Shown one piece after another: positions 12,988-24,529 of a stretch of DNA of 64,000 bases. This DNA comes from Mytilus edulis. Taxonomy: Eukaryota. A model generated the notes under the pieces. It did not search any database. It saw nothing but the letters and a program-made list of their open reading frames with translations, and was not told the origin of the DNA. The number at the start of each line of letters is the position of its first letter. Position 1 is the stretch's first letter. The stretch lies in assembly GCF_963676685.1 (NCBI RefSeq), contig NC_092347.1, forward strand, positions 67,456,001 through 67,520,000, written 5' to 3'. The position numbers and the translations under genes were made by a program.

Positions 12988-13854
12988 TAGAAACACACTG
13001 ATGCACTTTTGGTAGAAATGGTTAAAATTCCAACTATATTGAAAACAGAAAGAAGTGTTAAGCTAGTACTATTGATAATTACGTTATTATTCAGGATTTG
13101 TATTGAAATAATATAGACATTATTGAAATGTTTGACAAGAATATTTGTTTCTAATATTACCCTATTATTAAGGCCATTTACGACTAGACAGGAAATTAAA
13201 AAAAACAAATTATATGATATCAGGGATTTTTCAGATCTATACAAGTATGAATTAGGAAGGTGAAAGGCATCTTGGTTCAAATACATACCTTAATAAATAT
13301 CAAACGTCGCATGGATACCATAAGTACACTGTAATTTTTTCAATTTATTCATCTATTTTAAGACACAAAGGAAAGTCTCTCTTTTTAGATGATTAGTATA
13401 ATTTCTATGATGTTTCATATTCCATATTTTTTGCAATCAATATACTGTTATTGAAATATGGCAACGATAAAAAAAAAAGGAATATTATTACAAACATGAA
13501 TCAATAAAAAAAAAGTAAAATCAAGGTGTGAAATCTGGTATCTATAATGACTTTATTTAAATTTACATATTGTTTATCAATGATTGCGACTTTGTATGTA
13601 AATTCATTTCGTAGCATTCTCATTGTACAATATACACTATGCTGACTGACCTTTATCAATCTTGATTGTAGTGTAGGTTTACTGTCTTGTTCGTCCTGGG
13701 CTTTTTTTTAATTATCTAAGTATTTTAGCATAAATTTGAACAACCTCTTGTTTCAAAAAAAATTAATAAAATCTTATTGCCCTGTAGAATTTTATATCAT
13801 TTTCTTCCATAGAAACCCCTTGTATTCAACTCTTCAGACTACGGAGAGAAGCCG

Positions 13855-14040
13855 TAGAATGAAATTCATAACAGTGTAGCTATGGCCATTCATTGACTGG
13901 GGAAAATTAGGTGAACGTTCGTCTGTAATGCCCACTGCTCACGACGTACTTATCATAGAAATTTAAACTGTGAGGTCACCAAAGGTTCTAAACGCCTAAA
14001 TAAAATAATTAAAAATACTAATCAGGAATAACCCTTGTAA
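13855..14040. mobile_element. Half copy of the palindromic TAG...CTA MITE at 49972-50418
   Basis: tagaatgaaattcataacagtgtagctatggcc...ggtcaccaaaggttct matches the left arm of 49972-50418. Confidence 0.7.
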
Positions 14041-15199
14041 TTTGAAAATAAATAAAAATGGCCTTCAACACGGAGTCTTGGCTCACACCGAACAGCAAGC
14101 TATAAAGGTTGAATACTTAAAATTCTTTACTTCATTTTTTGTTATGGTTTGACCATCAATTTTCCTAATATGATATCGCACGTTCTTTCAGATTATTTTT
14201 TTTACTTAATTGGCTTTAAAAGTTACAATGCATGATGTCGTCTGTTTGTGTAGTTCATATGTGTTTTTCGTTTCTCGTTGGTTTTCCCGTTTGAATGGTT
14301 TTACACTAGTAGTTTTGGGGCCCTCTATAACTTGCTGTTCGGTGTGAGCCAAGGCTCCGTGTTGCAGGTCGTACCTTGACCTATAATGGTTTACTTTTAT
14401 AAATTATTACTTGGGAGGAGAGTTGTCTCATTGGCACTCATACCACATCTTCCTATATCTATCTATATCTATACATTTTTTTTTTCAACAAAAGAATACA
14501 TCACAAGAATATAAGTTTTGTAAGAAACGTGAGAAATTGTGTTGAACTTGAAGATAAGGCAAAGTGACAAATATCTGAAAGAATGAATCGTTTTATGGTA
14601 TTAAACAAAGAAATCAAATGATTTTTTAATTATCCAGAACTCTTCACAAACAAAACCCACATGTATACGCATTGAATAAATAGTAGGCCATTCTAAAATG
14701 ATCACACCGTAGAAGTAGTTGTGCTCTTAATCAATGAGATATTTTGTGAACTAACCCCATCAACTTAATAGTTTTTTTTACAATGGATAAACCTATTTTT
14801 GTATTATTATTAAATAATATTATCTCTGAACATTATTATTTTTATAAATGACACGGTTGTATGTGATGATTATAATAAATATTTAAAACAAATTCCTTTC
14901 AAGCTTTGTAAAAAGAAAGTTTCATTTTATGTATCGGAATGTGTAACAAGTGAATATTTCAATCAATCCTACTCATCGATGTTAAGCTATTTCAGATATA
15001 ACTGCAGCATAGTCGGTGGTGGTTTACACAAATCATTTTTATTTCATTAACTCATCAAGAATACTAGTCAGATGATTTTGCGTGCCAGATTTGCATGTTT
15101 TCTACATCAGAATTGTTAGTGGAAAGCGAACTTAAACAGACGGAATGCGAAATCAAATTACAGTAAAGCCGTCTGCATTTGTTCTTAATTTGATGAAAT

Positions 15200-17480
15200 A
15201 TTGCAGCTAACAAGTTAACATATGGATATGGATTTTGACACAGGAGATAATAAATGTTATCAAATACGTAAATATATATACAAAAGTTTTTTTCATTTCA
15301 GATTCTTATTAGAAAAAAACCACGTAAGGTTTAGAAATATCAATTTTCAGCACAGTCAGCTTTTTGTCATCAAATTAGAAGACCATAATCAACAAAGAAT
15401 TTTGGGTATAAGGTAAAATGTTAATACAACACGTAGAAAAGTTTAAGGATTTCATTTTCTTTCTTTCTTATATTTTGCAGAGTGCAAGCGACAAACCACA
15501 TGATGTGGATTTATATTAACTTCGCCACTGTCAGCTTTTCTGTTATCAACTCAAGAGATCACATCAAAAAAGGTATTTAGATATGTGACCCACTAATCAC
15601 TCATATGAGTATTCCTTGAATAGAAAATTCTTTATATTTTCGTTTAATTAATTTTATTAAGACGTGCATAAATAATGCATAAATGAAATGTTCATCTAGC
15701 GCACTAAGGAGAACTTACGAAAGCAATGAAAAGTACTCGTGTTCTTAGTATTCTTTAGATCAAATAACTAAGTTGACATATACTTGCCAAGAAGACTAAT
15801 TGGTGTTATTAAATTTATTTTAAGATTTAATTCCTAGCAGTTTTGTGGCTTGTTTTGTCACAACCGCTTTCTTTTCCACTGATCTTAAATAGAGAGTGGA
15901 CAGATATATGGAGGAAGCGTTAGAAATGTATATTCATCTATTGCATCCGAGTTCATCTCAAGTTGTAAAATAATCTTTAGTTTTAACTTTTTTTTGTAAT
16001 TCAAAATTTGTTAACGTATGTCTATCTATGAAATCAAGGATCACTATAAATCAAAGTCGAAAATATTCTACCAAAAGAAACAAAAGGTAGAAAATGAAGA
16101 GTGAAAACATTTTTTTTTACGAGAAACCCATGCTAATGTTAATATGCGCTTACGCACAAAATAGAATTTCATCAAAATTATTTTGGGGGAGAGCAAGTTC
16201 TTCACTTTATACAAAAAGTAATTCTTCATTTCATGCTCTATGCTTAAGAATTACCTTTGCAGAAGAACGATCGTTTGTAAACTGTTCATCAACTAGAGCT
16301 GCTACTGAACTCCACAGGGTTCTAACTATGACATTGTTTTCTTATATTACAAACTAACCTGAACAATTTAACCTTATGGTTTAAAATTTGCATCTAGTAT
16401 ATGTTTATCTTCAATTATAACTGTTCTTTTGACAAGTGCAGCTACAATCGTTGAGGTTCATTTAATCAAGCCTTTGACGAATTAAAGCTAATGTTTGATA
16501 TAGAAATATTATCTTCCTTGAAGAGAATAGCCTAGGTCCTTCTTTTCTTGTTTCTACTTTAATTGATCTCTGAATAATGCTCACCAGTCAGGATCCGCCA
16601 TTCGGAAATTAAAAATTGAATTACTACAAAACTGTTCAATAGATCGTCCGAGAGAAGACTGAATAACAATTTGAATGACATTCTTGCGAGAGAGAGAAGT
16701 TGATGTTTGGATTTCATTAATCAAATGCTGGATTGATGGTAGATGCCTGTAAAAAGAAAAACTAAGTGATTGCGGTTACATACATATGCATCTCAATTAG
16801 AAAGTGACAGGAAAGTCTAAGATTCCTTTGTATAAAAGCATGTCAAATATTGATTTATATTCTTGAACCGGATGAAAATGCATAATTTATTGACAAAGGA
16901 TTCACTTTAACAGGATCTGTATTATTAGTTTTTCTGCACCGATGCAATTCTCTGAATTATTTGTCTGGATTACTATTTGAACTGTACAATGTAACGAACA
17001 GCTGGATAACCTTTTAATTAAGGACTTAAATGGACAGATGCTTCAAACTAATATCGTTTTGGACTTGCAAAAAAGATTCATGATTTAGATCTTCTTTCAT
17101 ACAGTATCTTATTTCATCCAAAGAATTGCTGTATAAACAAGAGCAAAGTCCTTAATTGTGTCATCGTTTAATTATGCTTTAGCTTTATATCACATACTTT
17201 TGTTTCAGTTTTGATTGATTGATACGCTCAAAACATAAAATTTTTATAACTAGGACTGTAGCCTTTATATTTTTATACTTATTTGTACGGGTCACATTCG
17301 ATTTGTTTATAATAATTAATTAAACAGATCAGCTGTTCTAGTTTGTCGGGAATTTGCCATCGCCTTCCGTTTTCATGGGATAGTTAGCTTTGGATATTAA
17401 TGGATCCACTAGATCCCTGTCCCAGCTCAACAAGTGAATCTTCTATAGATAGCTTGACTACAAATGCCATCATATCACCT
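15200..17480 (+). pseudogene. Heavily decayed Toll-like receptor-like pseudogene (LRR + TIR), copy 1A
   Basis: LRR-like remnants in shifting + frames: YAQNRISS (~16150), FLEENSLG (16514), KIELLQNCSIDR (~16612), LNNNLNDI (~16660). TIR-like IHDLDLL...INKSK at 17077-17146. Many stops and frameshifts; assigned by motif resemblance only. Confidence 0.45.
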
Positions 17481-17819
17481 GGAAATGATACTTATGCGAT
17501 ACATATTCATCCAGTCATTGTATATATTAAGTCGTTAAAAGTTCGTTTGGTGTACTTGCAATTTTATTTCTAGAATTTGTTGATGCGTTTAACTGATAAC
17601 AGTGGACAGTGTTTTTTTAAGATGTAGACGCATGAAAACATAAACAGTACCACCTTGTAATAATAAATAAACATATTATCAAAACAAGACATAATCGGCA
17701 ACTGGACTAAATTATAGATACACATTTTTATGCGTTTCATTTTTATAAATTGATAAAAATAACATAAATAATAATTGTTAAAATATTTGTACAGAAATAG
17801 CAAACCAAATGAAATTCTT

Positions 17820-20700
17820 ACAGTTATCCTTTAATGGTTACGCAAATATGTGATATTGGTGACTGTAAACAAGGGCAGCTTATTCATAGATTAAAATAAT
17901 GACAATCCCGATGAATTTCAAGAACATCCACACTATGAGTTCGTACCATTTACATCTGACTTGATATTTACTTGTGTCCAATTGAAGTAAAGTTGAAGGC
18001 ATTTTGACGGTTTCAGTTGATTCGCATGTACTTTTCTTACTTGAAAAGAGTAGATGTAGATCGATCGCAAATAAACATTTATCAAACAGTCGACAAGAGT
18101 TCATCACCTGAATCCTCGGTAATTTATTTCTTAAAAAGCAAAAAAGTGTTAGTTATGAGTATATGTCCACGACTCGGAAATTATTTTTTTATCTTGACAC
18201 TCAACTTCTTATGAAGTCCATTAAATCAGGTAGAAGATACATGGATATCAAAGAATCACCTACATTCAAGAAAAAATAAAAGGTCCAGTTTTAGGACAGT
18301 TAAAAAAAATACGTTGTTAAAATTGACAACAAGAGTGATAACTGGTTTATGGATATGGCGGTTAAAAAATAACATCGTAATAGAAATATTTTGACGGTTT
18401 CGATTGATTCTCATGTACTTTTCTTACTTTAAAATAGTGCATATATCTATTGCAAATCAACATTAATGAACGACAAGAGTTCAACACCCGAATCCTCGGT
18501 GATTGATTTCTTACAAAGCAAAAACATGCTGAGTTATGTGTTTATCACACATCCGCGACTCGGAAATTATTTTTTTTCTTGACACTCAATTTCTTATGAA
18601 AACCATTAAATCAGGCATTAGATACATGGATATCAAAGAATCACTTACATTCAAGAAAAAAATATAGGTCCAGTTTTTGGACAGTTGAAAAATATACGTT
18701 GTTAAAATTGACAATAAGAGGGATAATTGGTTTATGGATATGGCGGTTAAAAATAACATCGGAATGAAAATATTTTGACAGCTTAATAATTTCAAAGAAA
18801 CTGTAGCCTGTCAAGAAACAGCGTCATCCAGAAATAATTTTGAACTTGGCGAATTAGAAAAATTAATTACAAGAAGTATATTTTTCTGACGTATTCAAAA
18901 CTATTGCTTATTATTTATCAAATTGCAAAACCGGAATCCATGTTTTGTCAATGTAACGTAATAATGTAACAACGAAAGTGTATATACAGAGAATATTTTA
19001 TGTGTACTTTCTTGGACGGAAACTCCCAAAAATAGCGCAATCGATGAAGTTAAAAACACTCATACTCCACAGTTTGCTTTAAAAACTAAATTCTTCTATA
19101 GTTTTAAATAAATTTTGCTTCCACAATGGATCGATACCTCTACTGGTGGACTTAGACTTTCAACTCCAAAACATTCTGTTTGCCCACATTCTGATAAATT
19201 TAGTAAAACCTCAAAAACAAGTAGACCTTAGATCGTTCAAAACTATATAAAAGACCCTTTTTGTCGTGCTGAATTTGAATATTAAATCGCGTTGTTTAGC
19301 TTGTGAGCAATCTTATAGGAGGTAACCTATAAAAAAAAAAACTGCACCAAATTTTTAAAATTAACAACATGTTGTTTTGCTTCTGTGGTACTTTTTATGA
19401 TATAAGTGTAGTTCCAGGACATGTCATTATTGCATAATGTTATTTATCGTAATACAAATAGTAATGTAGATGAACAACAGACATATCAGGCAATCAGAAC
19501 CAAACGAGGTAAACAAACCCATAAAAAACTAAAATCAAAGTAATTAAATCTCATTTATTTGCTTTATGTTTGTTATTTTTAAACCGTACTCTTCAGGCAC
19601 TAGTATTGTTATATTTTTGCTATGCCAGTTAACACAGATACGTGCATATAATTTCTATTTTATAAAATCGATAATGTTCTATGAACAACAGCATTATACC
19701 AACCGCACATACACACAGTTATATTGTAAAAATATTTTATTGCATTAAATGATGCATCAGTTTTTGAAACATTCTAACGTCTTAAGGGTGACGGACATGC
19801 TTAATTGTCGAAGTACAAAATCCCGTCATTGTTTCTTCGTTGGTACCTTTCTCTGCTTCTAGATTGTAATGAGTAACACTATAGGTTTTTAGATTATATT
19901 ATACAAAAAAATGGAAAAACAAAATTACCTATTTCTTTTAATGTATACATTAGAACGCTTTATGCAGAAAAAGTGCTACTATTATGTGTAAACCATACAG
20001 TTTTGAAAAAGGGATTGTATTTCAACTTCAACTTAGTGTACACAAGGTTCTAGTATTTATTCAAAGAAAACTCACACTAGCAGTGTATCTGGCGTGAATA
20101 TGACGATCTATGTTCATCAAGATTTGAATCAAGAAGCAGATCTGGAACCGACTACATACTATAGACCGATAAAGCCACCGCTCACGTCACCTGTTTTTAT
20201 ACCTTACAAGTATACATCAAAATGAAACATTTTTGTACCACCATATTCTTCGCGTACATGTATGTAACCCTCCAATGAAATAGAAATACACAGATACAGA
20301 AACTTTACTAAATAATAATAAGGAAAATAAGGAAAGTACTGTTCACGGTCCAAGCTGTCATTTAACCCGCAACAGAACAATTGGAAGGTAAGAGACATTT
20401 CATTAACGAACTGAACCATCAATCAAATTCTATCTCTTCCACACAACTCTCAAGACGTGGTACTGTACTTAATATCTTGGTTAATACCAATACTAGACGA
20501 AATCATCGTAGAATATTGAGATATTAATACAAGCTATTTTTACTACCCGAAACATTCATGAAGAAACCAATTGCTGGAGGCAGTTATATCTATAGTTATA
20601 TAACCAAAGGTACTGAAATAGACATATTTAAAACATGCAAATTAAAACTAGAACAGAAATCGTTTGCAGTAGTATGGATAGTATAAAATATTCTAGATCT
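17820..20700 (+). pseudogene. Heavily decayed Toll-like receptor-like pseudogene, copy 2A
   Basis: IGDCKQGQL (17855, LRR N-cap-like), FSYLKRVDVDRSQINI and ESSVIYFLKSKKVL (ORF 18017), GPVFGQLKNIR (18667), LRR-CT-like DCN...RFLDYI (~19860), TIR-like PILDEIIVE..INTS (~20490). Confidence 0.45.
18001..18780. repeat. Local tandem duplication (~385-bp unit x2) in copy A only
   Basis: attttgacggtttcagttgattcgcatgtac (18001) recurs at ~18388; copy B (58690-59220) has a single unit. Confidence 0.8.
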
Positions 20701-21919
20701 ATTTTCCTTTTCTTTCTAAAAACAATTACCGATACTGATAAGACTGATCAATTTCGACATCTACTCCATTTAACTGTAAATAAAGGCAACAGTAGTATAC
20801 CGCTGTTCAGAATTCATAAATCGATAGAGAAAAAACAAATCCTGGTTACAAACTAAAACTGAGGGACACGTATCAAATATAAGAGAACAACGACACAACA
20901 TCGAAATGTAACACACACAGAAACAAACTATAATGTAACAATGGCCATTTTCCTGACTTGGTACAGGGCATTTTATGAAAAAGTGGTGGATTGAACCTGG
21001 TTTTGTGGCATGCTTTAATGGCAGTGTAAATTATAACATTAAAATGACAACATTACACGACAGGGTTACAATACATAAACAGATAAATGGGAGAAAATAT
21101 AGGACAGAGAAAAAAGACTAATAATAGCCATCTAAAGGTAACAGGTTAAAAATACTTTGATAAGCCAAACGCGCGTTACGTCCACACTAAACTATGCTCA
21201 GATGTAATTTTTTAAGTTAAGAAAACATTTTTGTGTGATTCCATGATGATTTAACGAGGACATCCCCTCTTCTGAATTGGATGTGACGATGTACATATAT
21301 GTCTTAAAACTACAACTAACAAAGTTTCCGAGACGTGTCAATCATTCGAAGATGCTTGGCCATACCTATTTGCCAATGCTGTCATAATTATGTCATGAAA
21401 TATCACACAATATTATAGTTTTCTTTGAAAAAAGCTGTAAATGGGTTTTTTTCAATTCATGCTCGTTTTATTGGCAACAGGTTTTCTTGTTCTAAATATC
21501 ATGAATATTATTCGAAAGAAATAAAAACCGAAGAAACAAAAAAGAAATGAATGTGTGCTTTGTATATTATTCAAAGAAAAACGTCGCTCATTCAGATGCC
21601 TTTTACGTCATTTTCATGGTATCCCACTCTTCCAAAAAGAAGGTAAATTACAAAATGACAAACTCCGAGGAAAAATTAACACGAAAAGTTCCTTATCAAA
21701 TGGCAAAATCGAAATCTCAAACACATCAAACGAATGGATGACAACTGTAATATTCCTGACTTGGTAGAGGCATTTTTAGAAAATGGTAGATCAAACCTGG
21801 TTTTATAGCTAGCTAAACCTCTCACTTACATAATAGTCGCATAAAACTCCATTATATAGACAAGCAATATGCTTCCAAAACTATAAAACTCTTTCAGATT
21901 ATGAAACCAAACTTAAAAT

Positions 21920-22420
21920 GGAGACTGCTGCTTCATGCTAGAAACATCTATAAAATATGCCCACGTATATCAAAAAATACAATAAAAAGCTATTATACAA
22001 TAAATATAAAACTTTATAAATTTCTTACTTCTAGAAAATCTAGAAATTGACAATGAGGGTCGGTTGAAAACAAGACTTTAAAACAAAAGAGATGATTTCA
22101 GCTTCCCAATTGTGACTTTTTGATTTTTGACAAGAGATCCAAATGGTGTAGTTGTAATCATCACTTCGTAAATATTACGGACGCCATCACGAGTTTGTTG
22201 ACCGTTATGGAATATTCGTTATACTAATGATATCGGATATTTTCGTCGTTACTACAATCCCATTCCCTTTTCACGAATGTGACCTACGAAATTATACTAT
22301 TTACCGGCTTTGTAACAATATGTGCAATACGACGGGTGCCATATGTGGAGCAGAATCTGATTCAACTTCCGGAGCACCTGAAATTACCCCTATATTTTGA
22401 TGGGGTCCGTTTTGTTTTTG
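21920..22420 (+). mobile_element. Penelope-like element 3' fragment
   Basis: Degenerate EIDNEGRLKTRL.KRDDFSFPIV and SSLRKYYGRHHEFVDRYGI, typical of the PLE RT C-terminus, followed by a GC-richer tail. Confidence 0.7.
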
Positions 22421-24529
22421 TACCCCTTTTTGAGACATTTTGTTCATGCATCAATGTCAATATAATGGAAATTGATGCGACTGTCGTACAATTGAGAGGT
22501 TTAGCACTATAAAACCTGGTTTAATCCACCATTTATCTGCATTTGAAAATACCTGTACCAAGTCAGGAATATGACAATTGTTGTCCATTCGTTTGATGTG
22601 TTTTATCATTTGATTTTGCCATTTGATTGGGGACTTTTTACATAATCAACCGGTAATTTTTCACTTTAATATCATGTCAGGACCGAAGCATAAACTACTC
22701 TTCTAACTGTCCACCGGAGGTGGTATCAACCCATTGCTAGCGCGAGTATATATGTTAGTGTTTAGTTTGTTTTGCCGTTTGTCTGACACACATAAGGTCA
22801 GATAAGAAATTCAAAATTACACATTTAAAATGTGTATCGCCTAACCAACATTTACCAACAAATCTTAAATGAAACTTTGTATGTGTAAAATGCTGTTATT
22901 GAAGGAACGTATACAATGTGTCAGATCTGTATTTCTAATTGTATCAACTGTAGTTTTAGAACAATTTGATACATCATGTCAGTACTGAAGCATTGACTTC
23001 TATTCTGATAGTTCACAACGGAGGTATCGACAAAGTGTTAGTAATACACACGAAAACCTTCATGTATAATAATCATATCTTTAAAATAGTCTCCTAATGT
23101 GTTCACTACTTGTCTGTCTCAGTTCTTGACATATTGTATAGAGCCACTTCTGATGTGGAAGAACATATGCTGACCTGCATACGTCTGTGTGATTTTTAAC
23201 ATCGTGCTGCCGACGGGCGATTATTTTACTCCATGGTTTGACATCGGTTCTTCCTAGTAAGAAATAAACTATTACTAAGATAATTAAAAAAAAATTAGGT
23301 TAAACTACACATCAAAATACAGTAACCAATAACATTTAATGTTATAACACATCGTAATAGTTCATTGTATTTTAATGATAAATCATCGTTCTATTATCAT
23401 CTACTGGGATTTGTGGTAACACGTACAGCTAATACGACCTCCAGTTTAAGAAGGAAGCAGATGCTGAAAAACAAGATTTTATCTTCGTTTCCGTTAACTC
23501 AAAGAAGACAAATTCAATTTCAAAACCCCTTAAGGAAACAAAACTAATACTGCTAATACATTTATATAAAGTTATAGTTAAGGGCGAGTCAAAAAGTGTT
23601 TAGAATATGTTTAAACGACAACTTTTCTCAAACACTTACGCAACAGCGGGCAATCAAAGGGTATTGTATAGATAATTTGTATAGATTCTCTTTCTATAAA
23701 AAAAAAAAATAACCCCAAAAACAATGATTAAACCAAAATAAAGATATTAAGTAGAAATTAACAAAAGAGGCTTACAGGAGCTTGAATTGCTTATCCTGCA
23801 AAATGTTTGCGAAAAAACACAAAAAGAATACTAATTAAGGATTAAGGACATATTAAAAGTATAAATGAAAAATAACATTTCAATAGTTACGTGCGATCAA
23901 ACCGATTTTCTCAAATTAAATTAAGTAGGAACGCAAATTTTAAAAAGCCTGGAATGTAAAAAGGCGGAGAAATACAAGAGCTATTTGACACATATATACC
24001 AATTAACTTTGTAAACACATTATTCAAACTCAGCTTGGATAGGAGTTGTCTCAATGGCACTCGTACCAGATCTTCATATATTTATCAGCTGTCAACTTTG
24101 CAAGAAAGAGTTAAAACCATAGTTTCTTAGTATTTTTTCATTCATCAACGGGAAGTTTTTAGAAGAACACTTTATAAATCATCTCAATAACGAATCACTG
24201 ACTTCTGAGGTAATATCATGCAGTGGTACCGACCCAGAGATAGTAAATGAAAATTAGAAATAGATTGATAATTTCGGTATAATTTAAATCATGTCAATCA
24301 TAGGTCATCAGAACTACAATATATAATAAAACAAAATGTATAAACGTCATACATCATGTTCTCTGTAAAAACATAAAATAAAGTCAACAAAGGACATGCA
24401 TTGCTCGACAATCGAATTGTATTAGTCAAGAAGTCAGGTGCGCTGCACGGATTAAGGTGGTTGGAACGATATCATTAATTTGAACAGATTTGTTTTAGGT
24501 CAGACTGATCCTGATGTGAATATTGAATA

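Larger units (their letters stand above)
640..23830. repeat. Segmental duplication, copy A (paralogous to ~43300-63140)
   Basis: Collinear, moderately diverged matching blocks: 1590-2050/44540-44990, 2620-2847/45030-45273, 11098-11985/45267-45420 plus 47598-48345, 12988-13700/48341-48970, 15060-17600/51700-54490, 17660-19860/58370-60380, 22960-23830/62180-63140. Confidence 0.9.

Noticed and set aside
11264-13286. Short ORFs, some duplicated at 47579-48257
   Set aside because: Their similarity reflects the segmental duplication and repeats; frames are broken by indels between copies and no domain is recognisable.
17880-18795. Minus-strand hydrophobic ORFs (FFLNVSDSLISMYL, ICDR) suggesting a GPCR pseudogene
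   Set aside because: The opposite strand gives an ordered series of LRR-like motifs. The hydrophobicity is expected for antisense AT-rich DNA, and no seven-TM pattern can be built.
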